A stretch of DNA of 64,000 nt from Ylistrum balloti (Eukaryota). Positions 25,398 to 39,320 of this stretch are shown piece after piece. The notes beneath the pieces are model-generated. The model was not told where the DNA came from. It ran no database searches and was given only the letters and a program-made list of their open reading frames with translations. Every line of letters starts with the position of its first letter. The first letter of the stretch is position 1. A program made the translations under genes and the position numbers. Location: NCBI RefSeq assembly GCF_031769215.1, contig NW_026782083.1:1488001-1552000 (forward strand). Reading direction: 5' to 3'.

Positions 25398-28300
25398 ATG
25401 GTTGTCCAACAATCACAAACCCAGAACATTGATGCTATGGCAAAGTTTTGTTCTATGCTCCAACCTATCCGTGACCTCACCAAGAACTGGGATGTAGACA
25501 TTGCTGGTAATCTGGAGGATTACTTAGAGGAGGTACAACTAAAGACTAGTTTTCATTAAAAGTGTTATTTTTTTACTTCAGAAAATAACGCAAATGCATG
25601 TATGACAGTTTAATTTTAATGGATTTATCTGAAATATAAATAAAACAGACCCAGAATGTTCAGAATTGCTGCTTTAATGAATTTAAAAAAACATTTGAGA
25701 TATCATCTGTAGACATCAGGATAATCGGTATATGGATTCTGAAATTTCATTTGCCTGACATTCTACTCTACATTTAACTGTCATTTGGTATAATATGTAA
25801 CCTGATGAAATTTACCAATAATCAGGAAGCGTATTATATTTTTGGTGATACAAAATCTCTTCAGTTCCCAAGAAATGTTAATAACATTAAATATTGTTGC
25901 ATAAATTGGAAATTGGAATCCATTTATAAAAGCATTATCAGAATAAGATACAATATTGCCCCCAAAAATGTGTTTAGGAAATATATTTAAGCATCAATAC
26001 ACTGGTTGTCAGTCTGTCTTATAACATTTTGAATATCCAGGTATTTATGTCTTACATAGCTGGAGCACATCACAGTGGCCTTTGATGGAGGACTTGTTAC
26101 AATGAACTTTGCTGAGGCAGCCATGGTCATTCAGGGTTCTGCCTGTGTTTACAGTAAAAAGGTAGGTGATAATAGACCATCACATTTATGCTAGATCAGG
26201 GAATGTTTGTTCAAATTTGAGAATGGATAAACCTAGCCTGTCATTTTATGTTGATGCAGTTAAAAGTGAAATCTTTCTGAAGCTCCCATCAGCTGCACAT
26301 GGGCTTAATAAAGCATGTGAATTACTTGTTAATAATTATATGTAAATATCATTTCAGGTGGAATATCTATACACTTTGGTACACCAGGTCCTTGATTTAC
26401 TTGCCAATAAAAAGTAAGACATCTCTATCTGAAATCAGTGTTGGTGTTAATTTTGTAGTTCAAATCTTTGTCATAGATAATAAATAAAATTTCTTTTTAT
26501 ATGAATACAGACTAATTTTTTTTTATTTGTTTGTTTGTTTGTTACTTTTTTTTTGTCGTCATATGGCATAATTCAATGTTGTGTCTTCCAATGTTCTTTT
26601 TTAACATTTTTTCTTCTTCATAATACTTCAAAGTCTCTTGACATTTGTCTATGTACAGAAAACAAGCTAAAGTCTCCTCGATTGATGCAGATGGAAATGA
26701 CGAGGATGCAAATTTTAATGACGGCACCGATGAGGTAATTATCTATATTATGAATTATGCTGTGCTCTGTAGTCAGCTATACATGTATTCCTTGATATAC
26801 TGTACAGGTAATATAGAGAACTATACAGTACCTGTATTAGAAATACAAAACTATTCTTTAATTTGGCAGTTTCTTAGTCTGGATGACATCCAAGAACATA
26901 ACAACATCTGGATCAAGGAAGACAGCTACGGATGTAAGGTAGATATAATACAGTAAATGTATTGGGTATAGAAGTGTAAAAATGACCCATGAGGTATTTT
27001 GTTTAAGTTTCACAAACTACCTACTACAAGTACACCTACTTTTAAGCACATATAGTAATTTTTTCCGGTTTATTCTTTCCTCACATTTTTCTCAAAATAA
27101 AATTTTCATAAATTTCTTATGTTATTGATATGATTGATCAGATAAAAGAAAGCATTGTTATGGTAGGGCTGATGATTTTAACTTGTAAACCCAGAGAGGA
27201 ATAATGAGGTTTTATAAATTTGTGATCCTTATGGTACATATTTTCTTACAGTTTGTTGAGCCCATGCCCCACATGCCTCTCTGCCTGATTCCTCTAGAAG
27301 ATGGGGAGAAAGGGGACAACCCACTCCTCAGGTAAGTCTGTTAAGTAGGGAAGAAAAATTACAACTGCCTATCTTGCAGGTGTCTCCCTTGCGCGGAGAT
27401 TTTTGCCTAGGTTGTATTTGAATACTATGAGAGATAGTTAATTAATATTCCTCATTAAAACTTTCCTACAAACGTAATTATTTTTTAGAGACATTTAAGA
27501 TAAATATTAGTAAATATAATAGAATACATTGTTGAATTTAAACATGATTTTGCACACATAAGCTCAACATGATGCTTAATTTCATTTTTGTTGGAGTTTG
27601 TCTTTTGGGTGAAATTTAACTAAATCAACTTTCATTCAAATTGGTTAACAGATTGTTAATAAATGTACTTGAACATAAAGCCATATTCCTGATATTATGA
27701 TGACGTTTGCAGTAAAACAGGTGAAGTCCTTGCCAGTAGGAATGACTTCAGGATGAACACGAGCTCTGTCCACCAATCAGGGATACTGCTGCTGGATTTG
27801 TACCACTATACTCTCATAGACAAGTCAATCAATATGGCTGCCTCATCACTACATAGTCAAGGGCATCGGTCAGGTAGGCAAGTCAGTAAGATTGAACGTA
27901 GATGTATTGAAGTCTGTCAACACGGCTGCCTTGTCACTCCATAGTCAAAGGTATAAATCAAGTAGGCAAGCCAGTAAGATTAAAGGTAGATATCAAGTAT
28001 TGAAGCCAGTCAACATGATTTCCATGTTACTGACAGATGATTCAATAAAAAGGCTGTTGAGGTGACTGCCAGTTTATTCAACAATAAGGTGTATGTTCAG
28101 GTGCGGCAGTGATAAGGTCAAGTGTGTTGATCAGTAAAAATGTTAGTGTTGTGAAATGTAAGTCAATATAGTAAAATGTTTGCTATTAAATGTAAGTGTT
28201 TTGAAATGTTTATGTGTGAAATGTTGGTCTGTTAAGTGAAATATTAGCGTCGTGAAATGTTTGCGTCGTAAAATGATAAGTGTAATGAAATGGTAGTATT

Positions 28301-31300
28301 GTGAAATGTTAGTCAATATAGTAAAATGTTTGTCATTGTACTAAAATGTTAGTTAGTGTGTTGTAAAATGTAAGTGTGATCAATTGTTAATGTTGCAGAA
28401 TTTCAGTGTCGTGAAATGTTTGTTTGTATAGTGAAATGTTAGTCAGTGTGCTGAATTGTTAGTCAGTTTGACTGCCTCATCACTGCAAAGTGAATGTCTT
28501 GGCTCAGCTTAGTTTGTTTTTCTCCTGCTAAAGTACGTTGGACAAAACTTAATTGGCCTAAAATAGAACTTAAATAATTCATTTTAATCTGTCTGCAGAT
28601 ATCCCACAGGAGACTGTTATAGAACCACCAGTATCTGAAGATGTACCAATGGCCATGGATGATCCATCTGGAGGTTTGTTCCTTGATTCCATATAACAAA
28701 ATTGGCGTTAAATATTTAACACACCAATCCATATAGTGCGATGATGCTCTATCTTTAGTTTACTGTTTACCTATGTCTGTAGAGTCATTTACCCCTGTCT
28801 GTAGTTTACCCTTTGCCTATGTCTCTAGTTTACAGTTTACCTCTATCTCTAGATTACTGATTATCTGTCTCTAGTTTAACGTTACCTCTGTCTCTAGTTT
28901 AACGTTACCTCTGTCTCTAGTTTAACGTTACCTCTGTCTTTAGATTACTGATTACCGTCTCTAGTTTACCATTTACACCTGTCTCTAGTTCACAGCTTAC
29001 CTATCTCATTTTTTCCATTTAACTGTCTCTAGATTACTGTTTATCTCTATCTCTAGATTACTGATTATCTGTCTCTAGTTTACTGTTTATCTCTATCTCT
29101 AGATTACCATTTACCCTGTCTCTAGTTCACAGCTCACCTGTCTCTAGTTTTCCATTTACATCTATCTAGTTTACCATTTACCCCTGTCTCTAGTTCACAG
29201 CTTACCTGTCTCTAGTTTTCCATTTAACCGTCTCTAGTTTTCCATTTAACCGTCTCTAGTTTTCTGTTTATCTCTGTCTCCAGTTTATCGTTTACCTCTC
29301 TCAAATTGATATAAGTTGAAGTTTAGACAGGTTGCTTCCAGACAAGTCTTTTCAGACATGTTTAGAATTTTTACTGTTGAACTTGAAAATTGATTAGGCT
29401 TGTATTTGTTCAAATACAAACTCAGATCCTATGGCATTTTATTCATCTTTAAGTTTCGAAATAATGTTTTAAGTTTATTCAATTTTTACCCAGACGATGA
29501 CAATGAAAATGAACCATTGATTGATGTACCTAATGATGAAGTGGATGGAGCTCCTGCAGAAAGTGATGTCCCTCCTTTGGAAACAGAAGCACCAGTAAGA
29601 CTTTCATCTTACCTTTCATTTGTCCTTTGATTGGCTTTTGTTATTGCTTTGAATGAAATAAACATTTGTTTTGAGTTAATAAGTTATGATTAATATCATC
29701 AAAGGGCAGAAGAAATAATGTAAAAACTTGCTGCTCTAATGAATAGATACATTGAAAGTAATATAACTGTTGAATTAATGTTTTATGGGAATAGAAACCT
29801 AGTTGTGATATTTGTGGTTGATATTTAAGTTTGCTTAAAACAGATGTAAACTGATACACTGAAATCCTAAACTACAGCTTTGTATGTTGTCATTAATTGC
29901 CACTTAATATTTTAGGATGTAGAACCTCAAGAGATACGACGATCAGAAAGACGTCCCAAGACAGTGCGAGTTGTACCACCTAAACCTGTATGTATATTAG
30001 AAATTCGTACTGAAGTTAACAAAATGAGACAGCTACTGTAATAATACCTTATTTGATGCTGTCAAATTTTAGTGTATTATCGTTTTTATGGTAAATTAAC
30101 CCCAAGCACGTCCACAATGATTGCTACATAAACAACATTCAATAATTGTAATTAGCACAATCATGTTTATGTCCAATCCTCTCAGTACGAAAAATGTTAA
30201 AATTTGTATGTTTATAGTAGTGTTGTAACAATAGGTTGACTTATCGATGTATTGCGATAGCTTTGCTCGATGGCAATAGGTCGATAGCTTATTTTCAAGT
30301 CAATAATTATAGTGATAGTTTGGTCAACTATTGATTGTTAATGGTAGTTTTTAAAACTAAACAAAAATACTTTTTGAAAACAAGATTCTTGACGGAGTTA
30401 TTGCCAAATGGCTGCAAACCTTCGTTTATTTATGAAAACAGTTTTGGTACCTCAAATGGGAGTAGTGCTAATGTTCCAAGACACAATCAATCACCTGCTG
30501 AGAAAGGAGACAGAATTTTAAGCACAAGTAGTTACAATGATGAGGTTATATATCTTGAATAAGTGTTACATTGTAATTGTTTCTGATAAGATTAAATTAC
30601 ATCTACAAATTGTAGTAAGGAGGATGGTAACTAACCGTAGGTCCATGTTTTAGACCCATCCCTGAAATGACCAATTTGATATAACATGGCAGGAGGTAGT
30701 GGCATTTTATAATTTTTCCCATGCCAATAAAACGACAAACACATTGGTAGGGCAGCAGTTTGGTTACGTGAAAATTAATAACAATATGTCTCAAAACTGA
30801 TCACAATTACCCTCCTGTTTGTGAAAGTACAGGCACCTTCATTTGGTAAATAGCTATATTATCCTTGTGTTACTAGGCCTATATATATATTCTTGTTTAT
30901 GTATAAGATGAATACTAAGGGAAAAAAAGTGTAACAAATATCACTGTGCAACCTACTTGATTGTATGAAAATTTTAAATATTTTTTTTCAATTCTTGCTA
31001 AATTGAGCATACTGATACATTAAATTGGTTGGTGACCTTTATTTCTGGGTTAGAAAAGACACATTTTAAATTGAAAACTGTCCTGATAGTATCGCAATAG
31101 TCACTTGACTATCATGGTTATGATAACTTTTTTGGCCTCAATAGTCATCTCTAGTGATAGTGTCTTGAAAATTTTGTTCTTGACAGAATTCTTTATAACT
31201 TTAATATGATGTTTAGAACCTTGAGCAATTCCATTTTCAGGATTCTGACAATTTCTGATATTTTTTCTTGAATATAATACAGTTTGATACCAAAGTGACA

Positions 31301-34300
31301 TTTTGATATATATGTTTAACCTATATATATATATATGTTTAACCAATATTTGACAGAATTTTTATATATATGTTTAACCTATATTTGACAGAATTTTTAT
31401 ATATATGTTTAACCTATATTTGACAGAAATTTGATATATATGTTTAACCTATATTTGACAGAATGTTGATGCCTGGGATCCAATTGATCAACATGAAGCA
31501 GCAACACAAACAGAAAAAGCTTTTAAGAAAAGTAAGCTTTAAGAAATAATTTCAGTTATATAGTAGACCCTAGTTACTCCAATAACAAGTATATTTTTAA
31601 CCCACCATCATCAAATTGTGGAATGCTCAAATGGTCCTTCATCGATGGTTTGATTAATGTTTGTTCTTATTCATTCTTGCTATCACTTTTTCATAGAAAT
31701 TTGGGGGTAGATCTCTGTCAAATTTGATAAATGAGTTCTGTAAGTCCCTAGTTGTGCAAGTTCAATTTTGTGACCAGCCAGAAAAATTTTAATTGCAAAA
31801 AGACTATAAATCAAACTTAAAGTGTCACACCATGTGTATGTTTTAACAATGGGAAGATGTTATGGGGAACCATGACTTAGTCTTTATTACTTTATGTGAT
31901 GAATTAAAACATGTTGAAAAGTAAGTTGTCAGAAACAATAGATTCAATTTATATTTACGTTATGGTATAGTGTAACCTCAAGTTCTACACATGATTAGAT
32001 TTTGATTGTGAATGAAAGAATGAAAGTGACGTTCGACTGTTTCAGGTGGTTCTGATGGATATGTATGTGTAAGTCCATCTAACCTCTTTTTTGTTTCTTT
32101 TCTAAAATTGAAAACCTTATTGCATTAAAACACTTTTCCAGTAGTTTTGGATCATGTTAAAATCATGTTGTCATTTTTTCAGGTAAAACCTTTAAAATAC
32201 CTGAATGTGTACAGGATGTCAATTCAAAGAAAAGAAAGAGAAAAGCACCATTGAAAAAACCAAAGCTTCAGCCCCTGTCCGAGTTTATCACAGAAACATG
32301 TGAGAACATTTAAATTTCAAATGAAGTTAAAATAAGTTGTATTTTCGTGAAATATTGATAATATGTGTTTAAACTCAAACTACTTTTGTAGAATAAAACA
32401 AGTTTTAGTGAAATTATAAAATATTCTTTAATTACTACTTTAATTAAGATGGTGAATTTTCCATTATTTTCTGCTTATTTCTTTGAACCTTTTGGTAAAT
32501 TTGAAATAGGTGTGCTAAAAATAAGATGGGATAATCTGGAAGTTTCAAATTTATCACTGTGAAAAATGAATTATTATTGTTATTGTTATGATTTGTAGTT
32601 TCACACAAAAGCAAGTTTCCAAAGAACCCAAGGAAAGTACCAGTTCTTGTTGAATTTGAGCAGCAGTACTGGATAGAATACAAGAGGAGACAACGGCTTC
32701 TGAGAGAACAGAGAAAATCTGTGGTAAATCAGTATTTCTGTCTTTTTCTTTATCTTTTATTTATTTATTTTATTTAGTTTTTTATGTTGTTATAAATAGA
32801 CATTACAAAAATATAAAATGATACATTATATCAAACAGTTTTAGCATAACCATGTTTACAAGGTCAGCTTTCTTTAATTATCATACAACATACAGTTTAA
32901 AACTCAAAGACGCCTATACAATAGTACATACCCTTTCACCTTCAATAACACATCCTCACACACCCTCACATCGCCCACACACCCTCACATCCCCCACACA
33001 CCCTCACATCCACACACACCCTCACATCCCCCACACATCCTCACATCCCCCACACACCCTCCACACACACACCACCTCCCTGTTCCCACACATCACATCC
33101 CCCACACACCCTCACATCCCCCACACACCCTCACAACCACACACACCCTCACATCCCCACACACACTCCTTGTTACACATACCCCATCTTTCATTCATTA
33201 CTATACATGTACATATATCAATGCTGGTTGCCCTCAAGTACATATAAATTTAACAAAGAAATGTTGGAGGTAATGAAATGCCTAAATAATATCCGATGTT
33301 TCTACTATACTATATCTCTGAATTTTAGTCATATATTGTTCACACTGTTGTATAAACTGACATATCATTACTGGAACATCTGTTAGGTACAGTTCTGGAT
33401 CTTTAATCCAAAGATCACAGCAAGGTCAGATCAATCAGATTATTGTTTTTCTAGTCTCTACACTAATGTTTAAGAAGACCAGCTATTTGATGGGTTTTCT
33501 TTAATGTAATGACTCCACAGGAGACATGAATCACTTTGCTATATTTAGTTGGTTGCTAAGCCTTTTTGCTTGTTCTCATAACAGATACTGATGTACAGGA
33601 AGTGTCTTTTCTTTGAGTAACAGTTAATGAAGGAAGTTTTCAGTCCAATTTATCTCCACTCTGTAATAAGGACACATATGATAAATAATAATTGGTGTAG
33701 TCAATAGACCTGATCTGAGAGTAATGCTGGGCAGTTTTAACTAGAGTTTTAATGAAGTTTTGTGTCGCACAGAGCCGTGAGGTGTTGGAAGAGGACCAGG
33801 AGGATGAGGAAGTCAACCAGAATGACCAGCCTGACAACATAGGTCAGTATCTAGAGGGTTGTAAAAATTATATCATACAACACAGGTTAGTGTCTATAGG
33901 GGTGTAAAAATCTTTTCAGACAACACAGGTCAGTATAGTGGTTTAAGAATCTCTTTGGACAACATTGGTCATTATTTATAGTTATGTTAAATCTTTCTCA
34001 GTTTGTTTGTGAGGATATTTGAATCTGACATTGGTGAGTACTTATTTAATTATAGGGGTGTTCAAATTTCACACCAGTTACTTCAGAACTTCATTAATTT
34101 AAACTTATATCTGTTACAGTAATTAATAAGCATTAAACACCACTTACCTAAAACTTACTTATTCCTTCCAAGTCAACTCACAGGTGTAATATTGACTTTT
34201 GATTTTAAGTAAGTGATTATAACACGGTAACTCAGAAGAGTAAAACAGAAATAATATGTTACAGATATAGGGATGGACAGGTTAGACGACGGTGATGACA

Positions 34301-36026
34301 TAGACAATGATGCTCCGTTGGTAGATGAAAATCTATTTAACGCTATTGAATCAGCCTTCTCAGATCAGCCTGTTTTTCCAGCTTCACCCAGCCGGTCAGG
34401 TAAAGTTCCAATTTCTTAGATAATCTTAAATGTCTCGCTATTAACACAATATCACTCAGCAAATCAGGTAAATTTATATGTTCTCTGGTAATCTAAAACA
34501 TTTTTACTATAAACACAACATTACACATCTTAGGTCAGTATATAAAATCCTTGTCCTTTGCCTTGTTACCAACTGATGTGGTCTTTACAGTGTTTTGAAA
34601 AGCTATGATTAATAAATTGTATCATTCTGTCATTGTTATTTCAGAATCAGGAGCGTTTAAAATCGGAGAAATTGTTACTGATTATGAGGAGCTTGTTAGA
34701 CAGCATGTGGTAAGTCATCATATCATCACCAACACAAAACACATCAACATGTCACTACTGGATACAAGTTGCAATATTTCCTAGAAATGGTGGGGGGGTA
34801 TTGTTGTCATCATTCTAGCAACTTCTTTAGAGATTGTGATGAAACTTGCTACAAAGATCAACTTCAACTAAAACTTAGAGGATTTTTTTGAAACTGTGTT
34901 CTAAGGTCACAGTTACTAATGACTAATTTGTCAAACATTGATACCTATATGAATGAGAGTGGAGTCATTCATGTGACCTATCTCACAGATATTTGGTTAA
35001 TGAAATTTTATCTTTTTGTTAATAGGAGCAGTACATGGCAAGTGCTCAGGAATACGCCCAGATAACAGAGCTGTCACAAAGAGTGGCTGAATGGGAAGAC
35101 AAGGTCATACCCAAACTAGAAGAGGAGGTTGGTATTCATATTGTTTCATGGGAATTTCAGTTTTACTATTCCAATAGAAAAGCTGTCTGGGTTTTCAGGA
35201 ATTCATTTCTGCTTTGTTAAAAGTGAGTTAAAACTGAGATATCCGGGAATGGTTTAGCTGAAATATCATGAGATTGTTAACCCAAGACATCAAGGAATAA
35301 TTAAGCTGAGATATTGAAGTTATTCCATTCCACTAAATGTAGTTTTTCACTTTCTTCACAGGAAACACACGAGCCTTTTGATATCAACAAGTATGGGACC
35401 AAGGTTTTAGATAATCTGACTAATGACAAGATTGTTCCATTTAAATGTGTTGCTGCCGGCAAGCCATCATTCGAAATATGTAGATTATTTCTGTCAACTT
35501 TGATGTTGGTAAGTGTTCATATTTGATTTGTTGTTTCAGTTTACTTTCAAAAGTTGGCGTTAAATGTCTGTGAAATTCAATAAAAGAAAGGATAGTTACA
35601 GAGATCAAATATGAAGGTCATTATTGACGTTTTAAAATGAAACACATTTTATCTCTGATAAAAATTGATTAAACTGATGATACAAATTATTGTGAATCAA
35701 TCAAATTGTTAATTTATAAATTAGATTTGCATCATGAAAATGTGATTCCAGTGAGCATCTGTACTAGATTTTGTTTACAGTAATACCTAATGTGAAATTC
35801 AGAGGAAAAAAACATTGAAATCATGTGTTTGTAACTCTACTCACATCAATCTTGAAATCAAATTCAATGTTGACTTTTATCTTTACAGGCAAACACAGAA
35901 AATGTGAGAATTGTGCAGAAGGGAAGTTTGGAAGAGGGAATAGACAAATTTGAATTGAAACTTTTATCTACTACTCGCATGTTTGAACAACTAGAGGAAT
36001 ACCAAGCACCATCTCTAGCTTCTTGA
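25398..36026 (+). CDS. NCAPH2: Condensin-2 complex subunit H2 (kleisin beta), 19 coding exons, 631 aa
   Basis: Exons 25398-25532, 26060-26161, 26358-26413, 26659-26734, 26870-26938, 27252-27331, 27713-27873, 28599-28673, 29494-29594, 29916-29987, 31462-31531, 32183-32299, 32599-32723, 33773-33842, 34265-34399, 34645-34709, 35026-35127, 35362-35508, 35889-36026. These sum to 1896 nt with consistent phases. Motifs: [87 protein letters not shown] at 36158. The boundaries of the low-complexity middle exons are less certain. Confidence 0.93.
28100..29300. repeat. Two degenerate low-complexity repeat tracts flanking NCAPH2 exon 8
   Basis: GTGAAATGTTAG-like units at 28100-28460 and TGTCTCTAGTTTAC-like units at 28760-29300. 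Confidence 0.8.
31300..31465 (+). repeat. 35-bp tandem repeat containing the NCAPH2 exon 11 splice acceptor
   Basis: TGTTTAACCTATATTTGACAG|AA, with AG ending at 31356, 31391, 31426 and 31461. Confidence 0.9.
32940..33185. repeat. CA/C-rich simple repeat
   Basis: CACACACCCTCACATCCC-type units. Confidence 0.9.
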
Positions 36027-37708
36027 CCCTTGAGGAACTGTGACACTTTATAAAGGTTATCAAAGGCTGTGACATTTTTAAAAGATTTTAAGAGACCATG
36101 TCAACTACTCATTAACAGAAGTGTAAAAGCTTCAGATAAAGGTTCATATTCTTATGCAATAAATATATCATCATGTATAAAACCTAGTGTATTAATGATA
36201 AATTGCTGCTGTAAACTAATATAACTGTAGCACAAAATCTTGTGAATTCCTCTTTGGTAGGTGAAAATTTGCAGTGTTAGGTTATCTATTCTGTATACAG
36301 AGATTCTTCAGGAATCACAAACGCTGTGGGATGGAACTTTTTTAATGCCTCTGCTGCTATATATTACTAAACATACAGTATTTATTCACCTGTTGATTAA
36401 CAGGTTGCCTCCTCTTCTGGACCTGCGATCTCAGTTGTCTGATAAAATTTTGTTTAAGATTAAGTAGTAAAATACTTAAACTCCTGTGTTATGACCCAGA
36501 AATTCACAGCCACTATTACTGTTTATAGATCTGGTCAACTATTTATGCTAATTTGTGGGCAGGGAAGGATTCATGCTTTAATTGAATTTCTGCATTTTAT
36601 TGTAATGGCAACTTTTTAAACAAATTTTAGCAACTCCAACTTTGTTTTTTGTTTAAAAAGAATGTCGTCATAAAGGAAACAAAACAGGTTTGATGTGTTC
36701 AATGTAATCAATATAATATTAAATACCACATCTTACCTGTTTCTCCTTAATGACATTTTATATTTATCATAATTCTATCAGATGTGCATGTAGTACACAA
36801 TAAGCCATACCTGTTATAACATACCTACTTCTCTGTTTGCTGATTCAACATGAATTAGGTATTGCTTCTGAACTTCCCTTTAATGTGGATGTCCGATATT
36901 TTGTGATTGTGATAAGCTGATGTCTCTATGTAATGAGGTTAATGTCCACTTGTCCTAAAGAACACACAATAGATTCAAATCAGTGTAGTCTTGGTCAAAC
37001 CTCTATACAAACTTTTTATAGACAAATTCATGTATACTTCTGAGCCATTTCTCACAATGGAAATACTATTATTATCATTGATGGTTGTTTGTGTTTTTTC
37101 CTGTATATTAAGGCAACAAAGAATAGGTTGGTATTGTGGTGAATGTAAAGCAAGGACAACTTTCAAATGACTGCCTCTGGTTCACTTTGCTTTATTATTG
37201 TCACTTTGGAAAAAGATTGCTACAGTTCAAGTGACATTGCAGTTACAGACCAACAAACCTCAGAACAAATTGCATTGTTAAAAAGAGTTATCTACCCTGG
37301 ACTGTTTACTGTTGCTTTGAAAATCAAAGAAATATTAATGACATATATTCAAACTGAATTGAAAAGTGCAAAGTTACAGAGATCTACCACTGAAACATTT
37401 TACCTCAATGTGTATAGTTTGGTTGTTTTCCCATTTATATTTCTGAGCTGATGGGAACTTACATAGATATGAAATGCCATCAGCAATACATGACCATTTA
37501 TTTCACTCACTTAGGCTCTTAGTATATATATATATTAAAAAACAAAACAACAAGTTTGCCATCAAATTAACTTTAATGTTAAAATAAGTGTAAGCACTCC
37601 AAACATAACTGCTGAGTATGAGCTGAAGCTTACAAGGTATAATACACAAGTCCTCATTGTTAACATCCACTAAAACCGTTTTGTTTCCCCAATATCAAAT
37701 ATTAAATA

Positions 37709-37901
37709 CAGGGAAACTTTCATCACAGTTTAAATTTCAACTGTTTTATCTCTTGCCAATAGGGTGAAAATATATGGTGAGCCAAATTTTGATACTAAAG
37801 TTAAAAAACATGTTTAATGTAATTTAGTGCTAATTTAACATTAGGCAAAAATGATCAGTTTTAGGCGAGGGCAAAAACCGCCCTGGGCAAACGTTTCCCT
37901 G
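37709..37901. mobile_element. MITE-like element with 9-bp TIRs and TA target duplication
   Basis: TA|CAGGGAAAC ... GTTTCCCTG|TA, 193 bp, non-coding. Confidence 0.5.
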
Positions 37902-38721
37902 TATATAGTAACAAGAAAGTTCACTTTTTAAAACAATGACAGACCTTTCCATGTAGGTTAAACTATTTTCCGAAATGCATCATCAAGTTAAAAAGAAAAC
38001 AAGCTCTGTGTTAATCATTTATACTGAGGAATCTTAAGTAAAGCAATAACACTATTATAGTGTTCTTTCCACATATCACCAGGAGTCAATCAACAACACA
38101 TGTATGAGTTATATATGTCTAGGTATCTTCACATACCCTCACATTATACAAAGTTAATGGTACACAGGCATAAGAGAAACTTTAGACAAATCTGAAGTGT
38201 TCACATATATATACATGACATGCAAATGAATACATAGTAAAAACATCTATGAATAGTTCTATGATAATAGGTGTTACATAATACACAAAATTTTCTTAAT
38301 ATAGAATCTATTTGCTAAGGAATGATGGTTTTAGGAAGGATCAATACTATACATGTAGTATAATATTTCAGATCAGTTTATATAGGTACTCCAGTCTTTT
38401 TAGACCTTTAAAAAACATTTTGTAAATAATGGTATGGGATGACCGTATGTTATAGAATGTTGAATGTTTCATAGAGGAAGGAATGTTGACTGGAATAAAT
38501 TATGAATATATCAAACTAGAACATGGACATGATATTTCTTAAGGAGGTAGAAACTACCCATACACGAGTAAGTAGTAGTCAATCACAACAGGCAAAGGGG
38601 CCAGGTTCATCAAGTTATTAATTAAAAGGTCAACCAGTTTTGCCCTACTTTGGGCCTCTTCAGGACATACAAATCAATCACAATTTTACCCTTAAGGTAC
38701 TAAAAGAGAATACCTATTTCA

Positions 38722-38900
38722 TTGTTATTCTATGATGTCGCAACTACATTGTTCTATGATGTCGCAACTACATTGTTATTCTATGATGTCGCAACTACAT
38801 TGTTCTATGATGTCGCAACTACATTGTTATTCTATGATGTCACAACTACATTGTTGGTCTATGATGTCGCAACTACATTGTTGTTTTATGATGTTACAAC
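38722..38900. repeat. 24/27-bp minisatellite, about 7 copies
   Basis: Unit TTCTATGATGTCGCAACTACATTG(TTA). Confidence 0.9.
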
Positions 38901-39129
38901 AGTGGACATCTATTGAAGAAAGAGAACTCTAGATTTACCCCAGACTAAAATAGATATATGATATAAAATGTTCAGCTGGGTAACTATACATAAATCATAC
39001 TAAATGTTAGTGGGCTTACAGAAGGAGGTAAGTGCCTCTCTAGGATGTGACAAAATGAAGAAAATGTCCTTAATATATCACCACCATACTCATGGTATAT
39101 TGCCCATACATGATACAACTGGATTAAAA

Positions 39130-39320
39130 GGGGCTAGGGTGGTCAAGTGTTTAAGGCGTCTGACCATCTTTATCTCTAGCCCTCCACCTCTTGGTTGCTG
39201 GTTCGAGACCTTTGTGAGGCAGTCACCAGGTACTGGCTGCAGGTTCTGGCTTTCCTCCACCACCCAAACCTGGAACTTTCTTCGATGACCCTGGATGTTA
39301 GCAGGACAAAAAGCAATAAT
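39130..39320 (+). mobile_element. tRNA-derived SINE remnant
   Basis: A-box-like TGGTCAAGTG, B-box GGTTCGAGACC, body GGCTTTCCTCCACCA and tail ATGACCCTGGATGTTAGCAGGAC. Confidence 0.65.

Noticed and set aside
30335-30562. Extra NCAPH2 cassette exon
   Set aside because: It ends at GAG|gttata in phase 0, but the plausible acceptors give phase 2, which is incompatible with the flanking phase-0 junction.
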